Virus record (IMG/VR): IMGVR_UViG_3300042868_013692
Reading direction: 5' to 3' (one strand)
DNA: 64,000 nt
DNA from: an uncultured virus (IMG/VR IMGVR_UViG_3300042868_013692)
Lineage: Duplodnaviria; Heunggongvirae; Uroviricota; Caudoviricetes
Shown piece by piece: positions 1 to 10,746 of the stretch. The translations under genes and the position numbers were made by a program. Position 1 is the stretch's first letter. Every line of letters starts with the position of its first letter. The notes under the pieces were generated by a model, which was not told where the DNA came from, made no database searches, and saw nothing but the letters and a program-made list of their open reading frames with translations.

Positions 1-127
1 CCACAAGTGGTCTTATCGTCCCTCCATGTCCGTTTAAAGTCTCCCAATGCCATAAGGCGACTATGACCAAATTTTAACATAAAGCCGTCCTAGAAGGACG
101 GGGCTTGTGTCCCGTCTTTTCGGTCAA
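1..127 (+). mobile_element. Right-end region of an IS200/IS605-family element; the body lies upstream of the window
   Basis: Subterminal hairpin AAGCCGTCC-TAGAA-GGACGGGGCTT followed by TTTTCGGTCAA ending in TCAA, resembling cyanobacterial IS605/TnpB ends. Confidence 0.55.
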
Positions 128-679
128 TGGAGATCACAACTGCTACTTTCATATATTTAACTGCCCAAAAGGGCATCATTATTCGCAGATAAAAACAATA
201 TTTGCTTCTATCCCAAGCAGTTTTACTACTCCACGATAGAAGAGGAAACTAAAAAACGTGCAACTAAGCACTTTTGATTTTGGTACTATAGTTAAAATGG
301 AGATACCATTTTACATTCTGCAATTTTAATATCTGTAAATCCCTATGCAGCCTCGCTCTTGGGGATTTCTTCTGTTACGCAATATTTAGCTTCTTCCAGA
401 GAAGAGAAGTACACCATTTGAACCAGCCCCAACCCGGTAAATTAATGTGTTTTGTAATTACGCAGTGAGTGTAGATTTTCGCGCCACAACGCTTGTTCTC
501 TATAGCCTTTGAATCTGGTGTAATTACTACCGCAGTGTCCCCACCTCTGCAACTTAAACCTGTGTTATCCATTTCTAGTCTCCCAATTTTATAAACATAT
601 CTATTGATATTAATTCTGCCTAAAAACAGAGTGATCACACAAAAAAATAAAATGAGATCGCTCCGTTTTTTAATCCAAT

Positions 680-973
680 TTAATAGATTAGCCCTCGCTG
701 TAAAACCATTTCTCTCTTCGCTACCCCTACTACGGTAAAACGAAAATTAAAGTCTTCAATGACTTTTTTAAAATTTTCTATATCATCGCCAAAAACACGA
801 ACCTGACCCTTTGATCGCGTTCTTGGAGAAACTATTATAAACCCATTTTTAATGTTTATTTGTGTTTCATCTTTTTCTTTGTCCCATACGTTGGCTTTTT
901 TGAATCCAGATGCAATTAACATATCTGAAAGAACGTGCGCTGCTTCCCTGTGGGTCAAAATATTCTTACTCAT
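680..973 (-). CDS. hypothetical protein
   Basis: ORF; probable ATG at 973 after AAGGA. Confidence 0.65.
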   Translation of the reverse strand: MSKNILTHREAAHVLSDMLIASGFKKANVWDKEKDETQINIKNGFIIVSPRTRSKGQVRVFGDDIENFKKVIEDFNFRFTVVGVAKREMVLQRGLIY

Positions 974-1104
974 TGTTTTTCCTTGATTTATTACAAACAA
1001 CATCTTTTGTGAAGCTAAAAATGTCTAACTTGCTCATATTTTCGACTGCACTTTTAAAATGATAGTATAGTCGTTAGCTATACTATCATTGCTGTGTGAC
1101 ACAA

Positions 1105-1443
1105 TTAATGTTTTAATTCATTTTTGACTATTGCCTCAAACCTTCTCACAAAAATTCTTAGAGTTAGGTAGTACCTAGGGTGAAGAATTTTTAGTCGAGG
1201 AATAAAACTCTTGTGTTCTTCTTTAGGAATCTGTTTTATGTACTCCTCGTTTAAGTCTTTGATGTTTTTGTTTTCCTCGCCAGTTATGTCATAACCATCG
1301 AATGGACAATTCCAGATTACATCCAAGACTTTATCTCTAAAGTCTTGGTCATCAACTCCTACAACTTCTTTTATGAAGCCAGAAACGTCTTTTTTTAGCT
1401 GCGATCTTGTATCCATTTTGCTTCTTTTTTGACTTGTATCCAT
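1105..1443 (-). CDS. hypothetical protein with a 27-bp duplication at the start
   Basis: 112-aa ORF beginning MDTSQKRSK-MDTRS. Confidence 0.7.
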   Translation of the reverse strand: MDTSQKRSKMDTRSQLKKDVSGFIKEVVGVDDQDFRDKVLDVIWNCPFDGYDITGEENKNIKDLNEEYIKQIPKEEHKSFIPRLKILHPRYYLTLRIFVRRFEAIVKNELKH

Positions 1444-1536
1444 TTTGCTTCTTTTTTGATTGAATTTGGTGTTTTATTTTTCTGTATATATAATACCCAA
1501 AAACATATAAAAAGTCAATATTTTTGGTGAAACTTT

Positions 1537-3555
1537 TTATATGTTTTCTACAGAAAAACCCCAATTATTTGATTTTGAAAACCCTTGTTTTTCTATTTCA
1601 ACTATGCAGTCTTTCAGTAAATTGCTATATTTCTCCATCAAACATTTAGCATTTCCTGGCGGATAATCACTTAAATTTCCCCACAATTTAATTACCAAAA
1701 GAACATGGTTTTGCTCCTCTAGTAAAGCCAGCCTGATGACAACTAAAACCTCTTCCTCCGTTTGCGCTTGTGTAACTGTTAAAAGTCCCTCACCTATTCG
1801 AGATTTATTTGTCATAGCCGCTTTAGTTCTGGCAATAATATCATTTGAGTTATACACTTTTTCTCTGTCTATTTTTTCGGCAATTTTTGTTCTTGAAAAA
1901 ATATTTTTATTGGGGTATTTTTCAGAAAGTCCAGCAACAATTTCCTTAACTTTGTTGATATCACCAACAAAAAGTGACTGCAACCGAACATATCCATCCT
2001 CTGGGGAATCGTAAATCAAGTCGCCACGCCCAAGCAAATAATTCGCAGCACATTCCCGACCCATAATAATTGCACCATCGGCGGCTGTTTTTGTTCTGAG
2101 GGCTATCCTTCCGGGCAGGTTTGATCTAATCAATGGGGTCACAACATCCTTATCTGGGCGTTGAGTTGAGAATACTAAATGAATCCCTGCTGCTGATGCG
2201 ATCGCTGCAATCCTGGGCAACACCTTCTCAAGTGTCGCTTTGTTTTCCTTGTCGCCAACATGGTCGGCGTACTCGTCATAAATCACAACCAGCCGAGGCA
2301 TTTTATATCCCATATCTTGATATTCTGCCAAATTTCGTGCGCCGACTTTGGCAAATTTTGAATATCTGTCTTGAGATTCTTCGAGTAAGTCATTCAAAAC
2401 TTCTATTGCATCTTCGGCAAAGCACTTATATTCTTTTACCCACGCCAAATTTTCAAAGATTCTAAAATCTACTTGCTTGGGGTCAATAATTATAAATTGA
2501 ACTTGCTCTGGTGTAAATCGATCCATCACGGATATTACAAAGCTCATAACAAGCTGAGATTTTCCACATCTTGGTGTTCCGCCAATCAAAAAACTTGGAC
2601 AAACACTGTCTGGCGAAGACATATCAACCTCGACAAGCTTGCATTCAATATCTACCCCAATCGCAAATGTTAGCCTTTCTCTGTCCATTTTCAGAGAATA
2701 ATCTTCGTAGTGAATTATTCGTCTATCTGCTGAAGATTTAGCAATATCTATGGCCACATAGCCAGTCTGGGCAGAAATTAACGGATCAATCCGCAATGCA
2801 CAGGCAATTTTAATATCCTTAGATAGCTTGTCAAGAACGCTATATTTTGTGCCATTTCCAATGCCAATTTTAATGCGATTGAAGCTTGGTGCATTTACAG
2901 AACCATAGTATTGAGCATCAAGTTTTCTGTTTGAAAATAAACTAAATAGTCTTCTGATCACCTCTTCGCTGCTTAAGTTGACTTGCTCTGAAACTGGTGG
3001 CAAAACATTCTGCGAGTTCGCGCTACCGGTAAATACTTCCTGGGTGAGTGCTTGTGATTTTTCTTTGACTTGAATGGCAGCAACACCGCGAGACAATTCA
3101 TAGTCTCGCATTTCACCAATTCGTCTGTGAGGGTCTGTAATTCTTCTGTCCTCAGCTATGCTATTCGATAGCACAGCAACGCCAGCGAACATTAGTCCCG
3201 AACCAAGGGTAATCCAGCCCTGTAGCGGGGACGTGGCTGGGGTATCTTCAATTATTTTCGCTCCCTTTGGAAGTTTTGCCGATGTTAATTCAGCGTTAAA
3301 AACATAAGGCTTTTTCCATTTGTCGCAGAAAGTTTTAATTTCTCTATTTTTTTTGTTAACAATCTGCTTACCACAAAATATATAGTTTGTGGTAGAAACA
3401 GCAGTTCCTTTATGAGACATAATTGCCCCAACAAGACTTAATGTTGATAATCCAACTATGATGGAAAATTTTAAATCATAGGGCATCAAAGACATCGCTT
3501 TGAGCGCGTTGCTTTCGCTGCCAGAAATTCTGTCCTCTATGGATACCTTGACCAT
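1537..3555 (-). CDS. ftsK: FtsK/SpoIIIE-family DNA translocase ATPase with N-terminal hydrophobic segments
   Basis: Walker A GGTPRCGKS, IIIDPKQVDF, Walker B VVIYDEYAD, GIHLVFSTQRP, LLGRGD; ATG at 3555 follows GGAGAG. Confidence 0.9.
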   Translation of the reverse strand: MVKVSIEDRISGSESNALKAMSLMPYDLKFSIIVGLSTLSLVGAIMSHKGTAVSTTNYIFCGKQIVNKKNREIKTFCDKWKKPYVFNAELTSAKLPKGAKIIEDTPATSPLQGWITLGSGLMFAGVAVLSNSIAEDRRITDPHRRIGEMRDYELSRGVAAIQVKEKSQALTQEVFTGSANSQNVLPPVSEQVNLSSEEVIRRLFSLFSNRKLDAQYYGSVNAPSFNRIKIGIGNGTKYSVLDKLSKDIKIACALRIDPLISAQTGYVAIDIAKSSADRRIIHYEDYSLKMDRERLTFAIGVDIECKLVEVDMSSPDSVCPSFLIGGTPRCGKSQLVMSFVISVMDRFTPEQVQFIIIDPKQVDFRIFENLAWVKEYKCFAEDAIEVLNDLLEESQDRYSKFAKVGARNLAEYQDMGYKMPRLVVIYDEYADHVGDKENKATLEKVLPRIAAIASAAGIHLVFSTQRPDKDVVTPLIRSNLPGRIALRTKTAADGAIIMGRECAANYLLGRGDLIYDSPEDGYVRLQSLFVGDINKVKEIVAGLSEKYPNKNIFSRTKIAEKIDREKVYNSNDIIARTKAAMTNKSRIGEGLLTVTQAQTEEEVLVVIRLALLEEQNHVLLVIKLWGNLSDYPPGNAKCLMEKYSNLLKDCIVEIEKQGFSKSNNWGFSVENI

Positions 3556-3712
3556 TGCACTTCTCTCCAAAATACTTACAATATACTCTCAATATTAATG
3601 TTATTATATACGATTTTTGGTGATATTGTGCAAAAAACATGATATTTCCAAAAATAAATACAAAAAATATTGACGATAAAAATCTGATTTTTATCGTCAA
3701 TATTTTTAGAAA

Positions 3713-3785
3713 TACAGGATACAGGAATCGAACCTGTCTACCACAAATTATGAGTTTGTTGCCTTAACCTCTCGGCCAATCCTGC
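3713..3785 (-). tRNA. tRNA with CAT anticodon (probably Ile2/lysidine type; Met not excluded)
   Basis: Cloverleaf GCAGGAT...ATCCTGT-A; anticodon arm ACAAA-CTCATAA-TTTGT; T arm ACAGG-TTCGATT-CCTGT. Confidence 0.9.
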
Positions 3786-3884
3786 TTAAAATAGAGTAAC
3801 GCCAAGTGGTATTACTCTTGGTATCCATAACATCTATATCTTAGCACAGATATTGTGTTTTTAGTGGCAAAAAATACAAAATGA

Positions 3885-4076
3885 TTATCTTATATTTTTG
3901 CTCTCTTCCCACTCTTTTTTACTTAGCAATTCTTCTTCATGGCAACTAATATAGTAATCCACGCCAGCATCATCCGGCGTAACAGTTTCACCACGCTTTT
4001 TAGCCTCTGCCAAAATCTTTAGTTTCTTATTTCTGGCGTTAAGAAGATCCTCGCGTTCCTCCTTTAATTTGATCAA
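3885..4076 (-). CDS. small hypothetical protein
   Basis: 63-aa charged ORF. Confidence 0.45.
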   Translation of the reverse strand: MIKLKEEREDLLNARNKKLKILAEAKKRGETVTPDDAGVDYYISCHEEELLSKKEWEESKNIR

Positions 4077-4442
4077 ATTCTCCTGATACCTGTTATCAAT
4101 CTCGTATTCAAGCTGAATTTAATCGAGATTGACAGCCAGGATGTGGAGAAAAGTGTTGAGGGGAAAAGCCCGCACAACCTCTATTCTCTAAAATGCCCAT
4201 GCCCATTACCCGGTGAAACAGATATTAACTTTTGCCTAATAACCATTGGATCAATCCAATGGTTATTTTGTTATGTGGAGCTAAACCGCAAATCAACAGG
4301 GATTTTCGCGGCAACAAACACATAAGCCGATAAAATTGCTATAATAGAATTATCACAGATACACTCTTAACTTTAGTGATCGCAACATCGCTGGCGATCA
4401 CTTTTACCTAACCTTAAATCCTACTTATCCGTTTCAATTTCT

Positions 4443-5141
4443 ATGGACAACCAAAGAACGGATCAACCTTCACCACTCCAAAGTTTACAGCGACATATTT
4501 ACGAACAAGGGTTAGAGGTTGTCGTAGACTTGCTGTTTCCAGTTGTAGCTACAATCTTGTTTGCTTATATTAATCATGTCGTAAAGAATGGCATTATACC
4601 TTACTTAAAGCAGATAGCTGAAAAAATACAATCGGATAGAAAGAATCGCCCAACATTTAACCCAGATCAAGAGGCTAAAATCAAGGAATATATGCGGGCT
4701 ATGCTTGCTGAATCCGATATTGATAGGGTTAGTTTGTTTTTCCTAGATAATCCGCATTTTCACAATGAACTCATTAAAGCGGATTCCTTCACATTGTGGA
4801 TTGCAGCTGAAAAAAATATTGGAAGCGTTAACGAATCCAACAATGAATTAAGTTTTGCCTTTGTCTCAGAAGAAATTAATCGTCTTGCTCAAAGGAGGGA
4901 GAAGATTGCTTCATACAACAAAATTCAAGACGGGAAAGTATGTTTGGTCTTTCTAGAGAAGCGCGGAACTACAGGATACTCATTTTATTGTACAAACGAG
5001 TACGGTTTTTTGCTTATTGAGAAAACGGGAAATGGATTTAGATTATTCAATAATATTAAATATTTCATAGGCGGAAAAAGCTTTGATTATTTAGATTATT
5101 GTAATAAAATTGATCAGATAATTGGAGAATCCGCAACATAA
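4443..5141 (+). CDS. membrane-anchored protein, possibly holin-like with a GAF-type soluble domain
   Basis: One N-terminal hydrophobic helix (LEVVVDLLFPVVATILFAYI) followed by DIDRVSLFFLDN. Confidence 0.5.
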   Translation: MDNQRTDQPSPLQSLQRHIYEQGLEVVVDLLFPVVATILFAYINHVVKNGIIPYLKQIAEKIQSDRKNRPTFNPDQEAKIKEYMRAMLAESDIDRVSLFFLDNPHFHNELIKADSFTLWIAAEKNIGSVNESNNELSFAFVSEEINRLAQRREKIASYNKIQDGKVCLVFLEKRGTTGYSFYCTNEYGFLLIEKTGNGFRLFNNIKYFIGGKSFDYLDYCNKIDQIIGESAT

Positions 5142-5309
5142 TCACTACTCGATATCACTACTCGATGTTTTGTCTATAATTGGTGACTGTGAGAAAATAT
5201 TTGTTTCCTGCTTAATAGCAACATCGTCGCCAATACCGAATTTTGGTGTAGTGATCGTATTCCTGAGTTTTGAAATTTGCCCAAACTAGGAACTGAGAAA
5301 TTTATAGAA

Positions 5310-5897
5310 TCAGTAGATGTTTGTTGATCTATTGTTGCAAGCATTTGTGTCTCCTTGTGCTGTTATGAACCAAAATTTTACTGGGACTTTAATTAGAATC
5401 CCTCTGTTGCTTGTTAATCGCAAACAAAATATCCTGTCATGCGGCTTCTGAAATTCAAGCCTAGAAAAGCCTACATTACCGTCATTCAGTCTTTTACCAA
5501 TAATATATTTTTTAGTCGAGTCAACTAAAGTTACGTTTATTTCCCCGTCTTTCAGATATATTTCTGGAAACGTTAAAGACTCCAGGAAAACAAATTCATC
5601 GCCAAGATGGCATTTTAATAATAAAACGCACCCATCTTCCCTTTCAGATGGCGACAAAGATTTATCCATTATTAAGTCGCCAACCCTTAATTTATTAGTC
5701 CCAAACGTATTTTCTACTTGGGCAGCAATAATTTCATTAACGTCTTTGACTACATCTTCTGTTACCAAGTCGGCGATGTCATTATCTAAGCACTTATTCT
5801 CTTGTATTAGCGTCTCCAGAGAATAATATTTAGTAACATATACTGGTTTTGGACACCATTTCGATTTTTTGTTTTTTTGCACTTTTCCCTCACACAA
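5310..5897 (-). CDS. hypothetical protein
   Basis: 195-aa ORF; start uncertain. Confidence 0.65.
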   Translation of the reverse strand: MCEGKVQKNKKSKWCPKPVYVTKYYSLETLIQENKCLDNDIADLVTEDVVKDVNEIIAAQVENTFGTNKLRVGDLIMDKSLSPSEREDGCVLLLKCHLGDEFVFLESLTFPEIYLKDGEINVTLVDSTKKYIIGKRLNDGNVGFSRLEFQKPHDRIFCLRLTSNRGILIKVPVKFWFITAQGDTNACNNRSTNIY

Positions 5898-6330
5898 TAT
5901 TTATTTAGATATACAAATATTATCACAATATTATCTGGGGCGCAATCTACATCGTAAAAATATTTAGATAAAAGTTACTACTTTGGCTAAATATTTTTAC
6001 GACACCTTTATCAATCGGTTTTTAGCAGCATCAGCGACAACTTTAGCCGACGCTATATTTTCAATCCTTTTTTGCTAAAATATGATTTTACTTTTTGCAA
6101 AGACAAGACAATATGGTTATCTTCTTTGACATCTAAACCTTAGCTGACTCCATAAAGTTTCTGCTGCACAACATATTCAGTTCGTAGCTTTCTCCCGCTG
6201 TGTTATGTAAAACTAAAAACCCACCTTACACACACAAGGAGTCTTTCAAAGATTGGTATACCGTATTTTCTTCTGTGGTTAAACTCATGTTTTTACCTTC
6301 CATTATTTAGTGTTGTTGTTTGGTGAAAGC

Positions 6331-6552
6331 TTATTGATCAATAGTTGTGGCGATCGCTATATCATTGGATCTAGCTTGTTCCAGGAGGGCTGCGATCGCA
6401 ATTGTTTGATCAAGTGATATCCCATGTTGATTACTCAATCTCTTTAAAAGTAAAATAGTGTCACTAACATCATCAACTGTTACGCGACCATACTGCCTCT
6501 CTTCGGTTTCCATTTTATTCTCTATGTAATACTGCCTCTCTTTGGTTTCCAT
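6331..6552 (-). CDS. small hypothetical protein with a 39-bp duplication at the start
   Basis: METKERQYYIENK-METEERQY. Confidence 0.55.
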   Translation of the reverse strand: METKERQYYIENKMETEERQYGRVTVDDVSDTILLLKRLSNQHGISLDQTIAIAALLEQARSNDIAIATTIDQ

Positions 6553-6701
6553 TTTATTCTCTATGTAAATGAATGATTGTGTGATATAATAATAGCACTA
6601 TCTTGGCTAAATATTATTAAAAAGCGCGATTATTGTTTTTGTTGCAGCTTGTTTATCACCTGTTGTGCTGCATATTCGCCTTGGCTATTTAATTGTCTTT
6701 G

Positions 6702-6971
6702 CCAAGCTTCGTGTTAATCAGGTTTAAATTCCACAGCTTTGTCGTAGGAAGATATGGCTTCTTCATACCTGCCTAAATCATCTAGGGAAATGCCCCGGTT
6801 GTACCAAGCTTCGTGTAAATCAGGTTTAAATTCCACAGCTTTGTCGTAGGAAGATATGGCTTCTTCATACCTGCCTAAATTGTCTAGGGAAATGCCCCGG
6901 TTGTACCAAGCTTCGTGATAATCAGGTTTAAATTCCACAGCTTTGTCGTAGGAAGATATGGCTTCTTCATA
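6702..6971 (-). repeat. 102-bp tandem TPR-coding repeats (about 2.6 copies)
   Basis: CCAAGCTTCGTG recurs at 6702, 6804 and 6906 with near-identical sequence between. Confidence 0.95.
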
Positions 6972-7694
6972 ATTTTTTCTAACTCTTTGCAAATAACCTA
7001 ATTCAAAAAATAATTCAGCTTTTTGTTCATTATCTATTTCATGTTCAATAATATCTATAATTTCTAAGATTTTCTGATTTGTTTCTTCATTGGTTAAATT
7101 TGCATATTTCTCATAAGTTCCTTCTTGAATAATCCTTGTAGCTTCTTGTTCTAGAGTTTTTGAATCTAAAAGAAAATCAAATAAACCAGAACGCCAATCA
7201 AAGAAATCGGGGGCGCGGTGAATAAAATATTTAATTGCAAACTGCGGTAATAAAAATACAAAACAAATATTAAAACTATCTCTAAACCGTTCTCGTTGTT
7301 GGTTGATATTAATTAAAAACGGTGGTACACTTTCCTGACTATAATGATGAGTTTCTTTGCTACTCCAACCTGCTAAAGTTTTGGCTTCTTCGTATTTATA
7401 GAATGAAGACTCTAAGCCTGTAATAAATAATATATTGATATTGTTTTTGTTAGGCAATTTATCAACTATTGCATATAAATTCGTCACATCTTTATCTAAT
7501 TTGATAACTTCTATGTTTTGATCATGAATATCTGCTTTCACTTGACTAATTAATTGTTCACCTTCAGCAGGAGAACAACGCACAAATAATATACTAAAGC
7601 CGTCTGTAAACTGAAGTGTACGAATAAAGGCTTGGTATTCTTCATCTTTCTTTATTGGTAAATCTTGATCCCAATCAGTGAGTTTAAGAGGCAT
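6714..7694 (-). CDS. cyanobacterial-type TPR protein, truncated by a stop in the third repeat
   Basis: YEEAISSYDKAVEFKPD..EAWYNRGISL..LGR repeats; N-terminal region with NQQRERF and APDFFDW. Confidence 0.85.
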   Translation of the reverse strand: MPLKLTDWDQDLPIKKDEEYQAFIRTLQFTDGFSILFVRCSPAEGEQLISQVKADIHDQNIEVIKLDKDVTNLYAIVDKLPNKNNINILFITGLESSFYKYEEAKTLAGWSSKETHHYSQESVPPFLININQQRERFRDSFNICFVFLLPQFAIKYFIHRAPDFFDWRSGLFDFLLDSKTLEQEATRIIQEGTYEKYANLTNEETNQKILEIIDIIEHEIDNEQKAELFFELGYLQRVRKNYEEAISSYDKAVEFKPDYHEAWYNRGISLDNLGRYEEAISSYDKAVEFKPDLHEAWYNRGISLDDLGRYEEAISSYDKAVEFKPD

Positions 7695-8024
7695 AATTTT
7701 AGAGGATTTTTTAATAAAATTGTTATTAATAGTTCTGCAAATTCACCGTCAACACTAAAAAATTCCTTTTTTCCATCTGAATCTTCGCCAACCATCTTAA
7801 TTTCTGGTCTATAAAGGTAATGCTATACACCTCATCTTCGTATTGAAATGTCACAATCTAAGGTTTAATATCTAAAATGGTATGACAGCTATCAACCTCT
7901 TTGCGAATAAAACCCTTTATGTTCTTATTTTTTGCTAGATCAATCAACTCGCAAACATTTAGCGTTTTCTGGGTTTTTGTAGTTGTCATTGTTTGGTGTT
8001 TTTGTGTTTGTTTTCTATACATTA

Positions 8025-8053
8025 ATATTACTATGATTAACAAATAAAGTCAA
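8025..8053 (-). promoter_or_regulatory. conserved phage sigma70-type promoter
   Basis: TTGACT-TTATTTGTTAATCATAG-TAATAT, 17-bp spacer. Confidence 0.75.
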
Positions 8054-8125
8054 GCATTATTTTTGGTTATTTTATAATCATAAATCTTATAATATACATA
8101 TTAATTTCATGAGACTTATTTTGAC

Positions 8126-8359
8126 ATGAATCAAACTTGCTCTAAATGTAATTATTGGGAAAGTGAAAGCGCAATAGAGTCTAATAATGTCAGATTTGCT
8201 ACGTGTGGTAATCCAAAAATAAAATATAACAACACCGACAGAAATTTGCCAAATAATTGTTCTGGTGAAGAATTATTTTATGAAGATAGTGATGGGTTCG
8301 CTGCACCACCTTGGATGGGGGAATTATTTGGCTGTGTCCACTGGGAAGCAAAATCTTAA
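8126..8359 (+). CDS. small Cys-rich hypothetical protein
   Basis: CSKCNYW...FGCVHW pattern. Confidence 0.65.
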   Translation: MNQTCSKCNYWESESAIESNNVRFATCGNPKIKYNNTDRNLPNNCSGEELFYEDSDGFAAPPWMGELFGCVHWEAKS

Positions 8360-8464
8360 ATCCGACGAGATAATCCCTAAAAAATGCCGTCAATGTCAAA
8401 TTAAAAAATAGGTATGAGAACTAATTTTTTCTCATACCTATCAAATTTATCTCAATACTTAAAA

Positions 8465-10285
8465 TTATAAGCTACTTTTTGATATTGAATGGCTAATAAT
8501 TTGTGGCTGGATTGTGGTTTTTCCCATGTAAGAATTGTCGTCAAGTTTAAAAACAACATCCAACATTTCTGGAAGCGGAAAATATCGTGCATAGCTCCAC
8601 GCAACGCACCTGATTTCGTGGTATATACCATCAACAACCTGGGACAGTGTAATACTGGCGTGCGTTTTATCTCTCCCCATTAACTCTTGCTTGACAACCT
8701 TGACATTTTTAGCTAAAAATACAGGCTCAGGGTTGCCAATGCCAACAGGTGCGAGTATTTTGCTTTCGACAAAAATCTGGGGTATTTCTGCAAAGTTTAT
8801 CTCTGTATCTACCCTGTAAAGAGGTTTCACGTCTTCCTCTCTGATGCACCCATTGGCAAAATTTATTAATCCTTGTCGCAAAGCATCATAGTTGTCAAAA
8901 TTTAATGAACCACCACCGGCGAGTGGGTGTCCGCCAAATTTTATAAATAAATCGCTGTTGGCTCTCATTGCATCCCCAACAGAAAATTCTGGTATCCCTC
9001 TGGCAGAAAATTTTATCTGTTTATGCCCGTCTTTTTCCACTATCACGCCCACAAATGCTGGCACACCGTAATTCTCGACCAACTTAGAAGCAACCAGTCC
9101 CACAACACCAGGATGCCAATTTTCAGCAATCAGAAAAAGCACTTTATCCTGTTTTAAGGCTTGCTTGAATTTAAATTCAACTTGGGCGATCGCCTGTTCT
9201 GTTGTACTTTTTGACAACATCTGTCGTTCATAGTTGCAAGCCGCGCACTTAATTGCCAACTCCTTAGCAATTTGCGGATCGTCCGTGGTTAGTAATTCCA
9301 CAATAATTTTAGGATCGCCAATCCTACCAATGGCATTGATCATTGGGGCGATTTTAAAACCAATATCAGCGGTCGAGACTGAATTACTGTTTCTGATTTG
9401 AGACTGGGCAATTAGAGCCGCAACGCCTGGGATACCACAATTACCTATGTTTTTCATCCCTCGCCGCACCCACCGACGATTTATCCCAGTCAATGTGGCC
9501 ATATCGGCAATAGTGCCAAGTGCGGCCAGGGTGATTGCTTGAACGATAAAATCCTTTTTTCCTAAATCCAATGCAACTGCTGCTGCCAGAATATATGCCA
9601 CACCAACACCCGCTAAATTTTCATATATTGAATCCTCTGGCAGCAATCTAGGGTTTAAGATCGCATCGGCATTTGGTAAAATTTCTGGAATTTCGTGGTG
9701 GTCGGTGATTATTAGTTTTACACCCAGTTCTTTGCACTTGTCGGCAGATGTTACAGAGGTTATGCCGTTGTCTACCGTGATAATCAGTTTTACTCCATCC
9801 AATGCCAATTTCTCAACAATAGCCGGGTTGATGGCATAACCTTCTGCTATGCGGTCTGGTATTTGATAATTAATATCAGCATTTAAGCTTTTAAAAGTTC
9901 TGATTAGAAGTGCCGTGGATGTCATTCCATCCGCATCATAGTCACCGACAATAGCAATCTTCTCTTTGTTATTTATCGCGTTTATGATTAATTCCTTTGC
10001 TGTAGCTAAGTCCTTAAAATGCAATTCGGGGTTATCAACCTGAGTTTTTTCTGGATCAGCGAACAAATAAAATTGTTCTTTATTAGTAATACCCCTATTG
10101 TTTAGCAACTGCCAAAATTTGTCGCTATATGTTGATACATTTTCTGTTCCAGAGTTTAGCCGATAAAGATGTAATAACCTATGGTCAGGGACTTCAGCAG
10201 AAACAACAACAGGAATCTCATTTTGTGTTTCTGAAGCTAAATCAAATAATGGTAATGTTGTCTGAATGCTTTTAGAGTTTGACAT
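8465..10285 (-). CDS. recJ: ssDNA-specific exonuclease RecJ (DHH family)
   Basis: GDYDADGMTS, ITVDNG, ITDHH, LGTIADM, PMINAIGR, HPGVVGLVAS, FGGHPLAGG. Confidence 0.95.
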   Translation of the reverse strand: MSNSKSIQTTLPLFDLASETQNEIPVVVSAEVPDHRLLHLYRLNSGTENVSTYSDKFWQLLNNRGITNKEQFYLFADPEKTQVDNPELHFKDLATAKELIINAINNKEKIAIVGDYDADGMTSTALLIRTFKSLNADINYQIPDRIAEGYAINPAIVEKLALDGVKLIITVDNGITSVTSADKCKELGVKLIITDHHEIPEILPNADAILNPRLLPEDSIYENLAGVGVAYILAAAVALDLGKKDFIVQAITLAALGTIADMATLTGINRRWVRRGMKNIGNCGIPGVAALIAQSQIRNSNSVSTADIGFKIAPMINAIGRIGDPKIIVELLTTDDPQIAKELAIKCAACNYERQMLSKSTTEQAIAQVEFKFKQALKQDKVLFLIAENWHPGVVGLVASKLVENYGVPAFVGVIVEKDGHKQIKFSARGIPEFSVGDAMRANSDLFIKFGGHPLAGGGSLNFDNYDALRQGLINFANGCIREEDVKPLYRVDTEINFAEIPQIFVESKILAPVGIGNPEPVFLAKNVKVVKQELMGRDKTHASITLSQVVDGIYHEIRCVAWSYARYFPLPEMLDVVFKLDDNSYMGKTTIQPQIISHSISKSSL

Positions 10286-10413
10286 TTGTATTTTCGCGTG
10301 TTTTTATAGTTTTTGCAGACTCATATATTATACATTGTTTACAGACAAAGCACAATAGGGTTTGTTGTAATATTTCAAAAACAAGCGAAAATTATTAACT
10401 ATAGTTTTGGTAT

Positions 10414-10665
10414 TTATCCGAACAAAACCTTTGAGATGTGATCTATTTGGATTTTTTTGCCTATAGCTATTCCGCACTCAATAGCATTAAGATGAGCATT
10501 CACAATCGTTGGTATATGCTTAACTGGAAAGTCTTTAGGCAATGTTAGCTCAATATCACCGTCTTCAGTGGATATATCAATGTTTTCATAATTATTGACC
10601 ATGTAATACTTGTGATTATCTTTTCCGTAAGTTCCAATAAACCACCTTTCTATTTCTGATTTCAT
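10414..10665 (-). CDS. hypothetical protein
   Basis: ATG at 10665 after GAGG, downstream of the promoter at 10697-10725. Confidence 0.7.
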   Translation of the reverse strand: MKSEIERWFIGTYGKDNHKYYMVNNYENIDISTEDGDIELTLPKDFPVKHIPTIVNAHLNAIECGIAIGKKIQIDHISKVLFG

Positions 10666-10696
10666 TACTAACCTCTTCTTTTCTCTACTTAAATAT

Positions 10697-10725
10697 ATAT
10701 TACTGCGGACAACCAATAAAGTAAA
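10697..10725 (-). promoter_or_regulatory. conserved phage promoter (variant)
   Basis: TTTACT-TTATTGGTTGTCCGCAG-TAATAT. Confidence 0.65.
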
Positions 10726-10746
10726 GCGCATTTTTAATTTATTTTT

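Noticed and set aside
375..638. 87-aa ORF and other short track ORFs in 128-660, 12560-12810 and 60711-60965
   Set aside because: No recognisable motif or clear start signal; possibly gene remnants
6702..6971. Diversity-generating retroelement template/variable repeat pair in the TPR repeats
   Set aside because: Differences include C/T (GAC versus GAT), so they are not adenine-specific; the repeats are tandem and in frame, and no reverse transcriptase is present
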